The translations under genes were made by a program, and so were the position numbers. From assembly GCF_016026235.1 (NCBI RefSeq), contig NZ_CP065613.1: DNA of 64,000 nt. One strand, given 5' to 3'. Of this stretch, positions 7,802-19,366 are shown piece after piece. The first letter of the stretch is position 1. Each line of letters begins with the position of its first letter. Under the pieces are notes generated by a model. The model was not told where the DNA came from. It did not search any database and saw nothing but the letters and a program-made list of their open reading frames with translations. The stretch is from Escherichia coli. GTDB taxonomy: Bacteria > Pseudomonadota > Gammaproteobacteria > Enterobacterales > Enterobacteriaceae.

Positions 7802-8932
7802 TTAGCGGGTCAGGTCGTCAAAAAACTTCTTCACACCATCAAAGAAGCTCTTTGAGCGCGGGCTGTTGTGCTCGCCGGTTGGGCCACCGAAGCTTTCTTG
7901 CAGCTCTTGCAGCAGCTGTTTCTGCTTCTCGTTCAGGCCTACCGGTGTTTCGACGACAACGCGGCACAGCAAATCACCCTGTGCGCCACCGCGGACAGAC
8001 TTGACGCCTTTACCGCGCATACGGAATAGCTTACCGGTCTGGGTTTCGCCAGGCACTTTCAGTTTGACGCGACCATCAAGGGTCGGTACTTCGATTTCGC
8101 CACCCAGCGCCGCCATAGCGAAGTTGATCGGGACTTCGCAATACAGGTTGTTGCCTTCACGCTCGAAAATCGGGTGCTGTTTAACCTGAACCTGAACGTA
8201 CAGATCGCCTGCCGGTGCGCCATGCTCGCCCGCTTCACCTTCGCCCGCAAGACGGATGCGGTCTCCAGTGTCCACCCCTGCCGGGATTTTAACGGACAGC
8301 GTTTTGCTGCGCTCAACACGACCATGACCATGACATTTGTTGCACGGATCTTTGATCAGCGTACCGCGGCCCTGACAGTGTGGACAGGTCTGCTGCACGG
8401 CAAAGAAACCCTGGCGCATCTGCACCTGACCAGAACCATGACAGGTCGGACAGGTCTGCGGCTGTGTACCTGGTTTTGCACCGCTACCGTGGCAAACGTC
8501 ACACTCTTCCAGAGTCGGAATGCGGATCTCTTTGGTCACGCCACGTACAGCTTCTTCGAGGGTGAGCTCCATGTTATAGCGTAAATCAGCACCGCGCGCC
8601 GCACGTTGACGACCACGTCCGCCGCCAAAAATATCGCCGAAAACGTCACCAAAAATATCGCTGAAGTCTGCGCCGCCGCCAAAACCGCCGCCGCCCATGC
8701 CACCTTGCTCAAACGCAGCATGACCATACTGATCGTATGCCGCACGTTTTTGCGAGTCGGTCAGAACTTCATAAGCTTCCTTGATCTCTTTAAATTTCGC
8801 CTCGGCCTCTTTGTCACCCTGGTTACGGTCTGGGTGGTATTTCATGGCCAGGCGTTTGTAGGCCTTTTTGATTTCACGCTCTTCCGCTGTTTTGGAAACG
8901 CCTAAAATCTCGTAATAATCTTGCTTAGCCAT
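7802..8932 (-). CDS. dnaJ: Chaperone DnaJ (Hsp40)
   Basis: [13 protein letters not shown]-domain, Gly/Phe-rich region and CxxCxGxG zinc-finger repeats; 376 aa. Confidence 0.95.
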
Positions 8933-9020
8933 CTTTTTTAAATTGCCCCTAGATGAATGCACGGGCGGAGAGGAAATTCCCCTTCGCCCGTGTCAGTATA
9001 ATTACCCGTTTATAGGGCGA

Positions 9021-10937
9021 TTATTTTTTGTCTTTGACTTCTTCAAATTCAGCGTCGACAACATCGTCATCTTTCGCGTTGTTTGCAGAAGCATCAGCAC
9101 CGGCAGTCTGCTGCTGGGCATGTTGCTGCTGGGCGATTTCCATCAGTTTCTGGGAAACCTGTGCCAGTTCCTGCATTTTCGCTTCGATAGCGGCTTTGTC
9201 TTCACCTTTCAGAGCAGTTTCCAGTGCAGTCAGCGCAGACTCGATAGCAGTTTTGTCGTCAGCCGGCAGTTTGTCGCCTGCTTCTTCAACCTGCTTACGG
9301 GTGCTGTGCAGCAGATGGTCGCCCTGGTTGCGAGTCTGTACCAGCTCTTCAAACTTACGGTCAGCTTCGGCGTTAGCTTCTGCGTCGCGTACCATTTTCT
9401 GGATTTCATCTTCGTTCAGACCAGAAGAAGCCTTGATGGTGATCTTCTGCTCTTTACCGCTGTTTTTATCTTTCGCGGAAACGTGCAGGATACCGTCAGC
9501 ATCGATATCGAAGGTAACTTCGATCTGCGGCATGCCGCGCGGTGCCGGGTTGATACCATCCAGGTTGAACTGACCCAGAGATTTGTTATCAGCCGCACGT
9601 TTACGTTCACCCTGCAGCACGTGGATGGTTACCGCAGACTGGTTGTCTTCAGCGGTAGAGAACACCTGGCTGTGCTTGGTCGGGATAGTGGTGTTTTTCG
9701 CGATCAGCGTCGTCATCACACCGCCCATGGTTTCGATACCCAGAGACAGCGGGGTAACGTCCAGCAGCAGTACGTCTTTTACGTCACCAGTCAGAACACC
9801 ACCCTGAACAGCAGCACCGATTGCTACAGCTTCGTCCGGGTTAACATCTTTACGCGGCTCTTTACCAAAGAACTCAGCAACTTTCTTCTGAACCATTGGC
9901 ATACGAGTCTGACCACCAACGAGGATAACGTCGTCGATATCAGATACGGACAGGCCAGCGTCCTGCAGTGCAACTTTCAGCGGCTCAATGGAACGGTTTA
10001 CCAGATCTTCAACCAGGCTTTCCAGTTTCGCACGAGTCACTTTGATGTTCATGTGTTTCGGACCGGTCGCGTCTGCAGTGATGTACGGCAGGTTAACGTC
10101 GGTCTGCTGAGCGGAAGACAGTTCGATTTTCGCTTTTTCTGCCGCTTCTTTCAGGCGCTGCATTGCCAGCGGATCGTTGCGCAGGTCAATGCCCTGATCT
10201 TTCTTGAATTCTTCAACCAGATAGTTGATCAGACGGCTGTCGAAGTCTTCACCACCCAGGTGGGTATCACCGTTGGTTGCCAGAACTTCGAAGGTTTTTT
10301 CGCCGTCAACTTCGTCGATTTCGATAATAGAAATATCGAAAGTACCACCACCCAGGTCATAAACCGCGATAGTACGGTTGCCAGTACCTTTGTCCAGACC
10401 GTAAGCCAGCGCAGCTGCGGTCGGTTCGTTGATGATACGTTTTACTTCGAGACCAGCGATACGGCCTGCGTCTTTGGTTGCCTGACGCTGAGCATCGTTA
10501 AAGTATGCCGGTACGGTGATAACAGCTTCAGTTACCGGTTCACCCAGGTAATCTTCAGCGGTTTTCTTCATTTTTTTCAGCACTTCAGCAGAGATCTGCG
10601 GCGGTGCCATTTTCTGGCCTTTAACTTCGACCCATGCGTCGCCGTTATCAGCAGCAATAATTTTGAACGGCATGATGGAAACATCACGCTGTACTTCTTC
10701 GTCCTGGAAGCGGCGGCCAATCAGGCGTTTAATCGCAAACAGGGTGTTTTGCGGGTTCGTCACTGCCTGACGTTTAGCCGGCTGACCAACCAGAGTTTCA
10801 CCATCCTGGGTATAGGCAATAATAGAAGGCGTGGTGCGATCGCCTTCGGCGTTCTCCAGCACGCGAGGAGTGGTGCCATCCATAATCGCTACACAAGAGT
10901 TGGTAGTACCCAGGTCGATACCAATTATTTTACCCAT
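9021..10937 (-). CDS. dnaK: Chaperone DnaK (Hsp70)
   Basis: [21 protein letters not shown]... 638 aa, immediately upstream of dnaJ. Confidence 0.97.
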
Positions 10938-10985
10938 CTAAACGTCTCCACTATATATTCGGTCATCATGTGGTTGTGAGTCTGT

Positions 10986-11089
10986 AATAGGGGCGAAACG
11001 TCTGGTTTCAACTGCCCAATTTCATTTTTTTGCAGACTCACTCACTGCGGTTGACTACTAAATGGGGTCGTAACCCACGTCATCAAGGG
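10986..11089 (-). promoter_or_regulatory. dnaK heat-shock (sigma-32) promoters P1 and P2
   Basis: On the minus strand: CCCTTGATG ... CCCCATTTA (P1, 11059-11089) and TTGAAA ... CCCCTATTA (P2, 10986-11011), matching the sigma-32 consensus. Confidence 0.6.
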
Positions 11090-11313
11090 GGAGATGCAAA
11101 AATTTTTTGTGCTTTTGCTCAGAAATTTCGCGATATGGCAGGACAAGACGTAAAATTGACAGCAATTTTATTCATATAAAGAATGAATCGCAGCCAAGGT
11201 ATTCATCAAAAAATTGTAATAAAAAGAAAAGATTACGTGCCTGAATCTTCTCTTTATCAGCAGTAAACTAGTGGGTATTCATCCCCCTACCTCTTCCCAC
11301 TAAGAGAATCCTT

Positions 11314-11718
11314 ATGAAATCCGTTTTTACGATTTCCGCCAGCCTGGCGATTAGCCTGATGCTGTGCTGCACGGCGCAGGCAAACGACCATAAACTCCTC
11401 GGCGTCATTGCAATGCCGCGTAACGAAACCAACGATCTGGCGCTGAAACTTCCTGTTTGTCGCATTGTGAAACGCATACAACTCTCTGCCGACCATGGCG
11501 ATTTACAGTTAAGCGGTGCATCGGTTTATTTCAAAGCCGCCCGTAGCGCCAGTCAGAGCCTGAATATTCCTTCAGAAATAAAAGAAGGGCAAACCACTGA
11601 CTGGATCAACATTAACAGTGATAACGACAATAAACGCTGCGTCTCAAAAATCACCTTTTCCGGTCATACGGTGAACTCATCGGATATGGCCACGCTGAAA
11701 ATTATCGGCGACGACTAA
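11314..11718 (+). CDS. yaaI: DUF2541 secreted protein YaaI
   Basis: 134 aa with signal peptide; K-12 gene order dnaK-yaaI. Confidence 0.9.
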   Translation: MKSVFTISASLAISLMLCCTAQANDHKLLGVIAMPRNETNDLALKLPVCRIVKRIQLSADHGDLQLSGASVYFKAARSASQSLNIPSEIKEGQTTDWININSDNDNKRCVSKITFSGHTVNSSDMATLKIIGDD

Positions 11719-11743
11719 CGCCAGAATATAGAAGCCACAAAAA

Positions 11744-12457
11744 ATGAATGTTAATTACCTGAATGATTCAGATCTGGATTTTCTCCAGCATTGTAGTGAG
11801 GAACAGTTAGCAAATTTCGCCCAGCTGCTCACCCATAATGAAAAAGGCAAAACTAGCCTCTCCAGCGTACTGATGCGCAACGAACTGTTTAAATCGATGG
11901 AAGGACATCCCGAGCAACATCGCCGCAACTGGCAGCTGATTGCTGGAGAATTACAGCATTTTGGTGGCGATAGTATCGCCAACAAACTGCGCGGACACGG
12001 TAAATTGTATCGGGCCATTTTGCTCGATGTTTCAAAACGATTGAAGCTGAAAGCCGACAAAGAGATGTCTACGTTTGAAATTGAGCAACAGTTACTGGAA
12101 CAATTTCTGCGTAATACCTGGAAGAAAATGGACGAGGAACATAAGCAGGAGTTTCTGCACGCGGTCGATGCCAGGGTGAATGAGCTGGAAGAGCTGCTGC
12201 CGCTGCTGATGAAAGACAAATTATTGGCAAAAGGCGTGTCGCATTTGCTTTCCAGCCAATTGACCCGCATTTTACGCACCCACGCAGCAATGAGCGTGCT
12301 TGGGCATGGTTTGCTGCGCGGCGCGGGTCTGGGAGGCCCTGTGGGCGCAGCATTAAATGGGGTTAAAGCGGTCAGCGGCAGCGCCTATCGCGTGACGATT
12401 CCAGCCGTACTGCAAATCGCCTGCCTGCGCCGGATGGTTAGCGCCACTCAGGTCTGA
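11744..12457 (+). CDS. yaaW: Uncharacterized protein YaaW
   Basis: 237 aa, K-12 synteny. Confidence 0.9.
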   Translation: MNVNYLNDSDLDFLQHCSEEQLANFAQLLTHNEKGKTSLSSVLMRNELFKSMEGHPEQHRRNWQLIAGELQHFGGDSIANKLRGHGKLYRAILLDVSKRLKLKADKEMSTFEIEQQLLEQFLRNTWKKMDEEHKQEFLHAVDARVNELEELLPLLMKDKLLAKGVSHLLSSQLTRILRTHAAMSVLGHGLLRGAGLGGPVGAALNGVKAVSGSAYRVTIPAVLQIACLRRMVSATQV

Positions 12458-12605
12458 TACCGGAAACCGGGGAAAATTTTCATTTTCCCCTCAAAAGATC
12501 GTAGACACTGCCCCACTGGCTGATTATTATGCCGCGCCCTGAAAACACTACAGTTATTCAGGGAAATTATTTCACCATTCATTCGATGATGATTTTTGAG
12601 GAATT

Positions 12606-13172
12606 ATGGGCAACACTAAGTTGGCTAATCCGGCACCGCTGGGCCTGATGGGCTTCGGCATGACCACCATTCTGCTTAACCTGCACAACGTGGGTTATTT
12701 CGCTCTGGACGGTATTATTCTTGCCATGGGCATTTTCTACGGCGGCATCGCGCAAATTTTTGCCGGTCTGCTGGAGTACAAAAAAGGCAACACTTTCGGT
12801 TTAACCGCATTCACCTCTTACGGTTCTTTCTGGCTGACGCTGGTTGCGATTCTGCTGATGCCGAAACTGGGTCTGACCGATGCGCCAAATGCACAGTTCC
12901 TTGGTGTCTACCTGGGTCTGTGGGGCGTATTTACGCTGTTTATGTTCTTCGGCACTCTGAAAGGCGCACGCGTCCTGCAATTCGTTTTCTTTAGCCTGAC
13001 CGTGCTGTTTGCCCTGCTGGCGATCGGTAACATTGCCGGTAATGCCGCGATCATCCACTTTGCCGGCTGGATTGGTCTGATCTGCGGTGCCAGCGCAATC
13101 TATCTGGCGATGGGTGAAGTGCTGAACGAGCAGTTTGGTCGCACCGTTCTGCCGATTGGTGAATCCCACTAA
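12606..13172 (+). CDS. satP: Succinate-acetate/proton symporter SatP (YaaH)
   Basis: 188 aa GPR1/FUN34/YaaH-family membrane protein. Confidence 0.9.
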   Translation: MGNTKLANPAPLGLMGFGMTTILLNLHNVGYFALDGIILAMGIFYGGIAQIFAGLLEYKKGNTFGLTAFTSYGSFWLTLVAILLMPKLGLTDAPNAQFLGVYLGLWGVFTLFMFFGTLKGARVLQFVFFSLTVLFALLAIGNIAGNAAIIHFAGWIGLICGASAIYLAMGEVLNEQFGRTVLPIGESH

Positions 13173-13177
13173 TTGTT

Positions 13178-13212
13178 TTGAGATCCCCCCGCTCGGGGGG
13201 ATTTTTTTATTC
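13178..13212. terminator. Bidirectional terminator between satP and mog
   Basis: ATCCCCCCGCTCGGGGGGAT hairpin flanked by A/T runs. Confidence 0.6.
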
Positions 13213-13794
13213 GCTAACGTCGCGTCTTGCACTCTTCGGTCTGAATGCAGCAACCACTTCTGGTGCCGTTTCAACGTATGGCCCTTCCAGCAACTGAATG
13301 CAGTACGGTACGCTGGCAAAAATACCGTGTACCACAACGTTACCCTCAGCGTCCTTCACACCTTCCAGCGTCTCTTTAATAGACTTCGGCTGACCGGGTA
13401 AGTTAAGGATCAGCGCCTGTTTGCGAATCACACCCACCTGACGCGAAAGGATCGCAGTTGGTACAAAATGCAGGCTGATCTGACGCATCTGTTCACCAAA
13501 GCCAGGCATCTCGCGGTCCGCTACTGCCAGCGTCGCATCGGGCGTTACGTCACGACGCGCCGGGCCAGTTCCGCCCGTGGTGAGCACCAGATGGCAACTC
13601 ATTTCATCCACCAGCTCACACAACGTTTGTTCGATGATCGCCTGCTCATCGGGGATTAAGCGGGTTTCCAGTTCAAACGGCGTGGTTAGCGCCGATGTCA
13701 GCCATTCTTCCAGCGCAGGGATGCCTTTATCCTGATAAACGCCGCTGGATGCGCGATCAGAGATGGAAACTAAGCCAATACGTAAAGTATTCAT
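13207..13794 (-). CDS. mog: Molybdopterin adenylyltransferase Mog
   Basis: MNTLRIGLVSISDRASSGVY..., 195 aa. Confidence 0.9.
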   Translation of the reverse strand: MNTLRIGLVSISDRASSGVYQDKGIPALEEWLTSALTTPFELETRLIPDEQAIIEQTLCELVDEMSCHLVLTTGGTGPARRDVTPDATLAVADREMPGFGEQMRQISLHFVPTAILSRQVGVIRKQALILNLPGQPKSIKETLEGVKDAEGNVVVHGIFASVPYCIQLLEGPYVETAPEVVAAFRPKSARRDVSE

Positions 13795-13908
13795 CAAGAT
13801 TTTTCCGTTTAAACAGTCTCGTTAAACAGAATGATACACTGCGAAGGGAGTGACAGACAGGCTTCAGAAGAGGTAGCGTGACCGACTTCCCGGTCACGCT
13901 AAGAATGA

Positions 13909-14862
13909 TTACAGCAGATCGCCGATCATTTTTTCCAGTTTTTCCTGGTCAATAGCAAACTTACGGATACCTTCCGCCAGTTTATCTACTGCCATTGGAT
14001 CCTGGTTGTGCTGCCACAGGAACTCGGACTCAGTGATACGCGCCGGACGCGCTTTCACTTCGCCGGTGTAAGACAGTTTACGTTCGATAGCCCCTTCGCT
14101 CTCCGCCAGCTCTTTCAGCAGTGCCGGTGCGATGGTCAGACGGTCGCAGCCTGCCAGTTCCAGAATTTCGCCGATGTTACGGAAGCTTGCGCCCATAACC
14201 ACGGTTTCATAACCGTGCTCTTTGTAGTACTGGTAGATTTCAGATACAGAAACCACGCCCGGATCTTCTGCCGGAGCGTACTCTTTCTTATCGGTATTCG
14301 CTTTGTACCAGTCAAGAATACGGCCAACAAACGGCGAGATCAGGAACACGCCCGCTTCCGCACAAGCACGAGCCTGAGCGAAGGAGAACAGCAGGGTCAG
14401 GTTACAGTTGATGCCTTCTTTTTCCAGCTGTTCTGCAGCACGGATACCCTGCCAGGTAGAAGCCAGTTTGATCAGAATACGATCGTTGCTAATACCTGCA
14501 TCGTTGTAAAGTTTGATCAGGCGTTTTGCTTTCGCAATTGACGCTTCGGTGTCATAGGAAAGACGCGCATCAACTTCAGTTGAGATACGGCCCGGAACCA
14601 GTTTCAGGATTTCCAGACCAATATTTACTGCCAGTTTGTCGGTCGCGTCCACGATCTGCTGCGCGCGATCGTTGCTCTGCTGTTTCGCCCAGGCGACAGC
14701 ATCATCAATCAACTTACGATATTCCGGAATCTGCGCTGCGTTAAGAATGAGAGAAGGGTTGGTTGTGGCATCCTGCGGTTGATACAGCTTCATTGCCGCG
14801 ATGTCCCCAGTGTCGGCCACTACGGTGGTGTACTGACGAAGGGAGGTCAATTTGTCCGTCAT
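13909..14862 (-). CDS. talB: Transaldolase B
   Basis: [21 protein letters not shown]..., 317 aa; the ORF-track start at 14925 is an upstream extension. Confidence 0.95.
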
Positions 14863-15140
14863 GATAGTATTTCTCTTTAAACAGCTTGTTAGGGGGATGT
14901 AACCGGTCTGCCCTGATGATATCACGACGCAACGTCAGCGCAACCGCCGACAAGACGGTTATCGCCAGGCGAGACTGTTTCGGATTTCTGACACTGCGTT
15001 GATATCGCCCGCCATTTTTATACAAAACCTCATGTATGCTACGCAGAAGTTATCAAGTACCTCGTAGCGTATATACTTCTTAAACAATTGGTAACGTTTA
15101 CACAGGAAAGTCATCGCGACCGGCAATAAGAGGGATATGC

Positions 15141-16571
15141 ATGCCAGATTTTTTCTCCTTTATTAACAGCGTCCTTTGGGGATCGGTAATGATTTACCTG
15201 CTCTTCGGCGCAGGTTGTTGGTTCACTTTTCGCACCGGATTTGTGCAGTTTCGCTACATCCGCCAGTTTGGCAAAAGTCTTAAAAATAGCATTCATCCAC
15301 AGCCAGGCGGTTTAACCTCATTTCAGTCATTGTGTACCAGTCTTGCGGCGCGCGTGGGTAGCGGCAACCTGGCCGGCGTTGCGCTGGCAATTACCGCCGG
15401 TGGACCTGGAGCCGTCTTTTGGATGTGGGTTGCCGCGTTTATCGGCATGGCGACCTCGTTTGCCGAATGTTCTCTGGCACAACTTTATAAAGAACGTGAC
15501 GTCAATGGACAGTTTCGTGGCGGACCGGCATGGTATATGGCGCGCGGGCTGGGGATGCGTTGGATGGGCGTTCTGTTCGCCGTCTTTTTGCTCATCGCCT
15601 ATGGCATAATTTTCAGCGGAGTTCAGGCGAACGCCGTTGCCCGCGCCCTAAGTTTTTCTTTTGATTTTCCTCCGCTGGTGACAGGCATTATTCTCGCTGT
15701 CTTTGCTCTGCTGGCAATCACTCGCGGTCTTCATGGCGTCGCCCGGCTCATGCAGGGGTTTGTCCCGTTGATGGCGATAATCTGGGTGCTGACCAGCATG
15801 GTGATTTGCGTAATAAATATCGGGCAACTTCCCCACGTCATTTGGTCTATTTTTGAGAGTGCTTTTGGCTGGCAGGAAGCGGCAGGCGGCGCGGCGGGAT
15901 ATACCTTAAGCCAGGCGATTACTAACGGTTTTCAGCGCAGTATGTTTTCCAATGAGGCGGGAATGGGTTCGACGCCAAACGCGGCAGCGGCAGCGGCGTC
16001 CTGGCCTCCGCATCCGGCAGCGCAAGGGATTGTCCAGATGATTGGCATTTTTATCGACACCCTGGTCATCTGTACGGCAAGCGCCATGCTGATATTACTG
16101 GCGGGTAACGACACAACCTACATGCCGCTGGAAGGTATTCAGCTTATCCAGAAGGCGATGCGGGTGCTAATGGGTTCCTGGGGTGCTGAGTTTGTTACCC
16201 TCGTGGTTATTCTGTTTGCCTTCAGCTCCATCGTTGCCAACTACATTTATGCCGAAAACAATCTCTTCTTTTTACGCCTGAACAACCCTAAAGCGATCTG
16301 GTGTTTGCGGATCTGCACCTTCGCAACGGTCATCGGCGGCACCTTGCTAAGCCTTCCGCTGATGTGGCAATTGGCAGATATCATAATGGCCTGCATGGCT
16401 ATTACCAATTTGACCGCCATTTTACTGCTCTCGCCTGTGGTTCATACCATTGCCAGTGATTATCTACGCCAGCGTAAACTCGGCGTGCGCCCGGTGTTTG
16501 ATCCGTTGCGTTATCCGGATATCGGTCGCCAGCTTTCTCCGGACGCGTGGGATGATGTTTCGCAGGAGTAA
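15141..16571 (+). CDS. yaaJ: Alanine/glycine:cation symporter family transporter YaaJ
   Basis: 476 aa polytopic membrane protein, K-12 synteny. Confidence 0.9.
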   Translation: MPDFFSFINSVLWGSVMIYLLFGAGCWFTFRTGFVQFRYIRQFGKSLKNSIHPQPGGLTSFQSLCTSLAARVGSGNLAGVALAITAGGPGAVFWMWVAAFIGMATSFAECSLAQLYKERDVNGQFRGGPAWYMARGLGMRWMGVLFAVFLLIAYGIIFSGVQANAVARALSFSFDFPPLVTGIILAVFALLAITRGLHGVARLMQGFVPLMAIIWVLTSMVICVINIGQLPHVIWSIFESAFGWQEAAGGAAGYTLSQAITNGFQRSMFSNEAGMGSTPNAAAAAASWPPHPAAQGIVQMIGIFIDTLVICTASAMLILLAGNDTTYMPLEGIQLIQKAMRVLMGSWGAEFVTLVVILFAFSSIVANYIYAENNLFFLRLNNPKAIWCLRICTFATVIGGTLLSLPLMWQLADIIMACMAITNLTAILLLSPVVHTIASDYLRQRKLGVRPVFDPLRYPDIGRQLSPDAWDDVSQE

Positions 16572-16640
16572 TCACAACTATCGATCAACTCATTCTCTTT
16601 TTTTGCTAAAGTCGGCATAAATTTCCTGCAAGGACTGGAT

Positions 16641-17417
16641 ATGCTGATTCTTATTTCACCTGCGAAAACGCTTGATTACCAAAGCCCGTTGACCACCACG
16701 CGCTATACGCTGCCGGAGCTGTTAGACAATTCCCAGCAGTTGATCCATGAAGCGCGGAAACTGACGCCTCCGCAGATTAGCACGCTGATGCGCATCAGCG
16801 ACAAACTGGCGGGTATCAACGCCGCTCGCTTTCATGACTGGCAGCCAGATTTCACGCCGGAGAATGCCCGCCAGGCGATTCTGGCGTTTAAAGGTGATGT
16901 CTACACCGGCTTGCAGGCCGAAACCTTCAGCGAAGACGATTTCGATTTTGCCCAACAGCATTTGCGAATGCTTTCCGGCTTGTATGGCGTACTGCGCCCG
17001 CTCGATTTAATGCAGCCTTATCGTCTGGAAATGGGGATCCGTCTTGAGAATGCCCGAGGGAAAGATCTGTATCAATTCTGGGGAGATATCATCACCAACA
17101 AGCTGAACGAGGCGCTCGCAGCACAAGGCGATAATGTGGTGATTAATCTGGCGTCAGATGAGTATTTTAAATCGGTGAAGCCGAAGAAATTGAATGCCGA
17201 GATTATCAAGCCGGTGTTCCTCGATGAGAAGAACGGCAAATTTAAGATAATCAGCTTCTACGCTAAGAAAGCACGCGGTCTGATGAGTCGTTTTATTATT
17301 GAAAATCGGCTGACCAAACCAGAGCAACTGACAGGTTTTAATAGCGAAGGTTACTTCTTTGATGAAGCTTCCTCCAGCAATGGCGAACTGGTGTTTAAAC
17401 GCTACGAGCAGCGTTAA
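16641..17417 (+). CDS. yaaA: Peroxide stress resistance protein YaaA
   Basis: 258 aa, K-12 synteny. Confidence 0.9.
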   Translation: MLILISPAKTLDYQSPLTTTRYTLPELLDNSQQLIHEARKLTPPQISTLMRISDKLAGINAARFHDWQPDFTPENARQAILAFKGDVYTGLQAETFSEDDFDFAQQHLRMLSGLYGVLRPLDLMQPYRLEMGIRLENARGKDLYQFWGDIITNKLNEALAAQGDNVVINLASDEYFKSVKPKKLNAEIIKPVFLDEKNGKFKIISFYAKKARGLMSRFIIENRLTKPEQLTGFNSEGYFFDEASSSNGELVFKRYEQR

Positions 17418-17429
17418 GTTTGCAGTCAA

Positions 17430-17560
17430 TGCCGGATGCGGCGTGAACGCCTTATCCGGCCTACAAAAGCATGCAGATTCAATATATTGCAGAATTCACG
17501 TAGGCCTGATAAGACGCGCCAGCGTCGCATCAGGCGCTGAATGCCGGATTGTTACCCGGC
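17430..17560. repeat. REP/BIME palindromic element cluster
   Basis: GCCGGATGCGGCGTGAACGCCTTATCCGGCCTACA-type REP units in both orientations. Confidence 0.7.
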
Positions 17561-17569
17561 ATTTGTCAT

Positions 17570-17866
17570 TTAGCGGTGATGTTTGCCTGGACCATGACCG
17601 CCGTGATGATCATGAGGAGCTTTCTTATGGTGGCGCGGCGGTGGCGGCGGTCCGTGTGGGTGCCAGCGATTGCCTCGCCATTCATAATGTTGTTTCCACC
17701 AGCCGTGGTCGCGCCAGTGACCGCCATCCCAGTAATAGCCACGATTATCACGATCGCCTATCTGTAATTTTACTGACGGGACTAACGTAATTTCCGCAGC
17801 CTGTGCTGCCATGGGAGCGACCAGAACCAGGGAAAGTGCGAGTACGATAGATTGCATCTTTTTCAC
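17570..17866 (-). CDS. yaaX: DUF2502 secreted protein YaaX
   Basis: 98 aa with signal peptide and His/Trp/Gly/Pro-rich C-terminus. Confidence 0.8.
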   Translation of the reverse strand: MKKMQSIVLALSLVLVAPMAAQAAEITLVPSVKLQIGDRDNRGYYWDGGHWRDHGWWKQHYEWRGNRWHPHGPPPPPRHHKKAPHDHHGGHGPGKHHR

Positions 17867-18030
17867 AGGTTACTCCTTTTATCATTGCCCGTTATGGGTC
17901 GATATCTGGAGATTACGCGATGAGAACGACGGTTGTTATTCTCCGCAATCCTAATCTCTAAGTTACCGCATTTATTGAGAATTTCTCCTTTTTCCCTGCC
18001 GTTTTTCTCCATAATTTCTTCATAAAAAAG

Positions 18031-18070
18031 CCGGGCTGCATAAAAGCAAACCCGGCCTGATTGAGATAAT
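18031..18070 (-). terminator. thr operon terminator
   Basis: On the minus strand GCCGGGTTTGCTTTTATGCAGCCCGGC followed by TTTTTTAT, just downstream of thrC. Confidence 0.6.
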
Positions 18071-18079
18071 GAATAGATT

Positions 18080-19366
18080 TTACTGATGATTCATCATCAA
18101 TTTACGCAACGCAGCAAAATCGGCGGGCAGATTATGTGAAAGCAAGGGTAAATCAGCACGTTCTGCCAGCTCTTTTGGCAGATCCAACGTTTCACCGAGA
18201 ATCGCTTCCACGCTCTCTTTAAATTTCGCCGGATGCGCGGTGCCGAGGAACAAGCCATATTCGCCTGGATTCAACTGGTCACGCAGCGCACGATACGCTA
18301 CGGCAGCGTGCGGCTCCGAGGTGTAGCCCAGTTCTTTTAACTCACGCATTGTCTGTTGCGTGGTTTCATCATCCACGGCTGCATAACCCAGCTCTTTCAG
18401 TTGCCAGATTTTGCGGCGGAACAACTCTTCCACACGCGGCCAGTTGTTCGGCTGACTCACGTCCATCGCGTTGGATAACGTCGCCTGAGTCGCTTTGGGT
18501 GACCACTGACCGTCGTGCAGGAAACGTGGCACGGTATCGTTCACGTTGGTCGCAGCAATAAAACGTTTCACCGGCAGACCGAGTGACTTCGCCAGCAGAC
18601 CCGCCGTCAAATCGCCGAAGTTTCCGCTTGGCACCGAGACAACCAGCTGGTTGCGCGCTTCCTGCGGCAGCTGCGCAACTGCTTCAAAGTAGTAGCAAAT
18701 CTGCGCCAGCAAACGGCTGATGTTAATCGAGTTAGCCGAGTTTAACCCCAGCGCCACTTTCAGTTCTTCATCATCAAACGCCTGCTTCACCAGCGCCTGA
18801 CAGGCATCGAAATCGCCGTCGATGGCAACAGTTTCGATATTGCCGCCCAACGTACAGAACAGTTTTTCTTGCAGTGGACTGATTTTGCCTCGTGGATAGA
18901 GGATAACCACTTTCACATTCGGCAAACCGTAGAAAGCATGAGCCACTGCCGCTCCGGTATCACCGGAGGTCGCGGTCAGAATGGTCACTGGCTTATCGCC
19001 CGCAATATGGGTCAGCATTTGTGCCATAAAGCGACCGCCGAAATCTTTAAATGCCAGCGTTGGCCCGTGGAACAATTCCAGACAACCGACATCGCTTTCA
19101 ACATTGGCGACCGGAGCCGGGAAGGCAAACGCCGCGCGCACGCGCTCTTCCAGGATTTCCTGCGGGATTTCATCACCAATAAACGCCGAGAGGATCTTCG
19201 CACTGCGGGTGACAAAATCCAGCTTCAGCATCTCATCAATTTCAGTCAGGCTGAATTCCGGCAGGTCATGCGGAAAAAACAGCCCCTGATTTTTGCCCAA
19301 CCCCTGGGTTACGGCTTGCGCAAAGCTGACCTGCTCGTTGTGATCTTTCAGATTGTAGAGTTTCAT
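18080..19366 (-). CDS. thrC: Threonine synthase
   Basis: MKLYNLKDHNEQVSFAQAV..., 428 aa. Confidence 0.97.
   Translation of the reverse strand: MKLYNLKDHNEQVSFAQAVTQGLGKNQGLFFPHDLPEFSLTEIDEMLKLDFVTRSAKILSAFIGDEIPQEILEERVRAAFAFPAPVANVESDVGCLELFHGPTLAFKDFGGRFMAQMLTHIAGDKPVTILTATSGDTGAAVAHAFYGLPNVKVVILYPRGKISPLQEKLFCTLGGNIETVAIDGDFDACQALVKQAFDDEELKVALGLNSANSINISRLLAQICYYFEAVAQLPQEARNQLVVSVPSGNFGDLTAGLLAKSLGLPVKRFIAATNVNDTVPRFLHDGQWSPKATQATLSNAMDVSQPNNWPRVEELFRRKIWQLKELGYAAVDDETTQQTMRELKELGYTSEPHAAVAYRALRDQLNPGEYGLFLGTAHPAKFKESVEAILGETLDLPKELAERADLPLLSHNLPADFAALRKLMMNHQ

Noticed and set aside
8943-10979. 678-aa ORF on the plus strand spanning the whole dnaK region
   Set aside because: It is exactly antisense to dnaK; the protein is low-complexity and Cys/Phe-rich with no recognisable domain, and a long open antisense frame is expected opposite a strongly codon-biased gene. 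K-12 has no gene here.
14008-14541. 177-aa plus-strand ORF inside talB
   Set aside because: Antisense to talB, with no start context or domain signature.
17430-17560. Repeated about 35-bp palindromic units that could be mistaken for a short CRISPR array (similar clusters at 31528, 35851, 46612, 50133 and 57850)
   Set aside because: They are REP/BIME elements: imperfect palindromes in alternating orientation without unique spacers or a leader, and no cas genes nearby.
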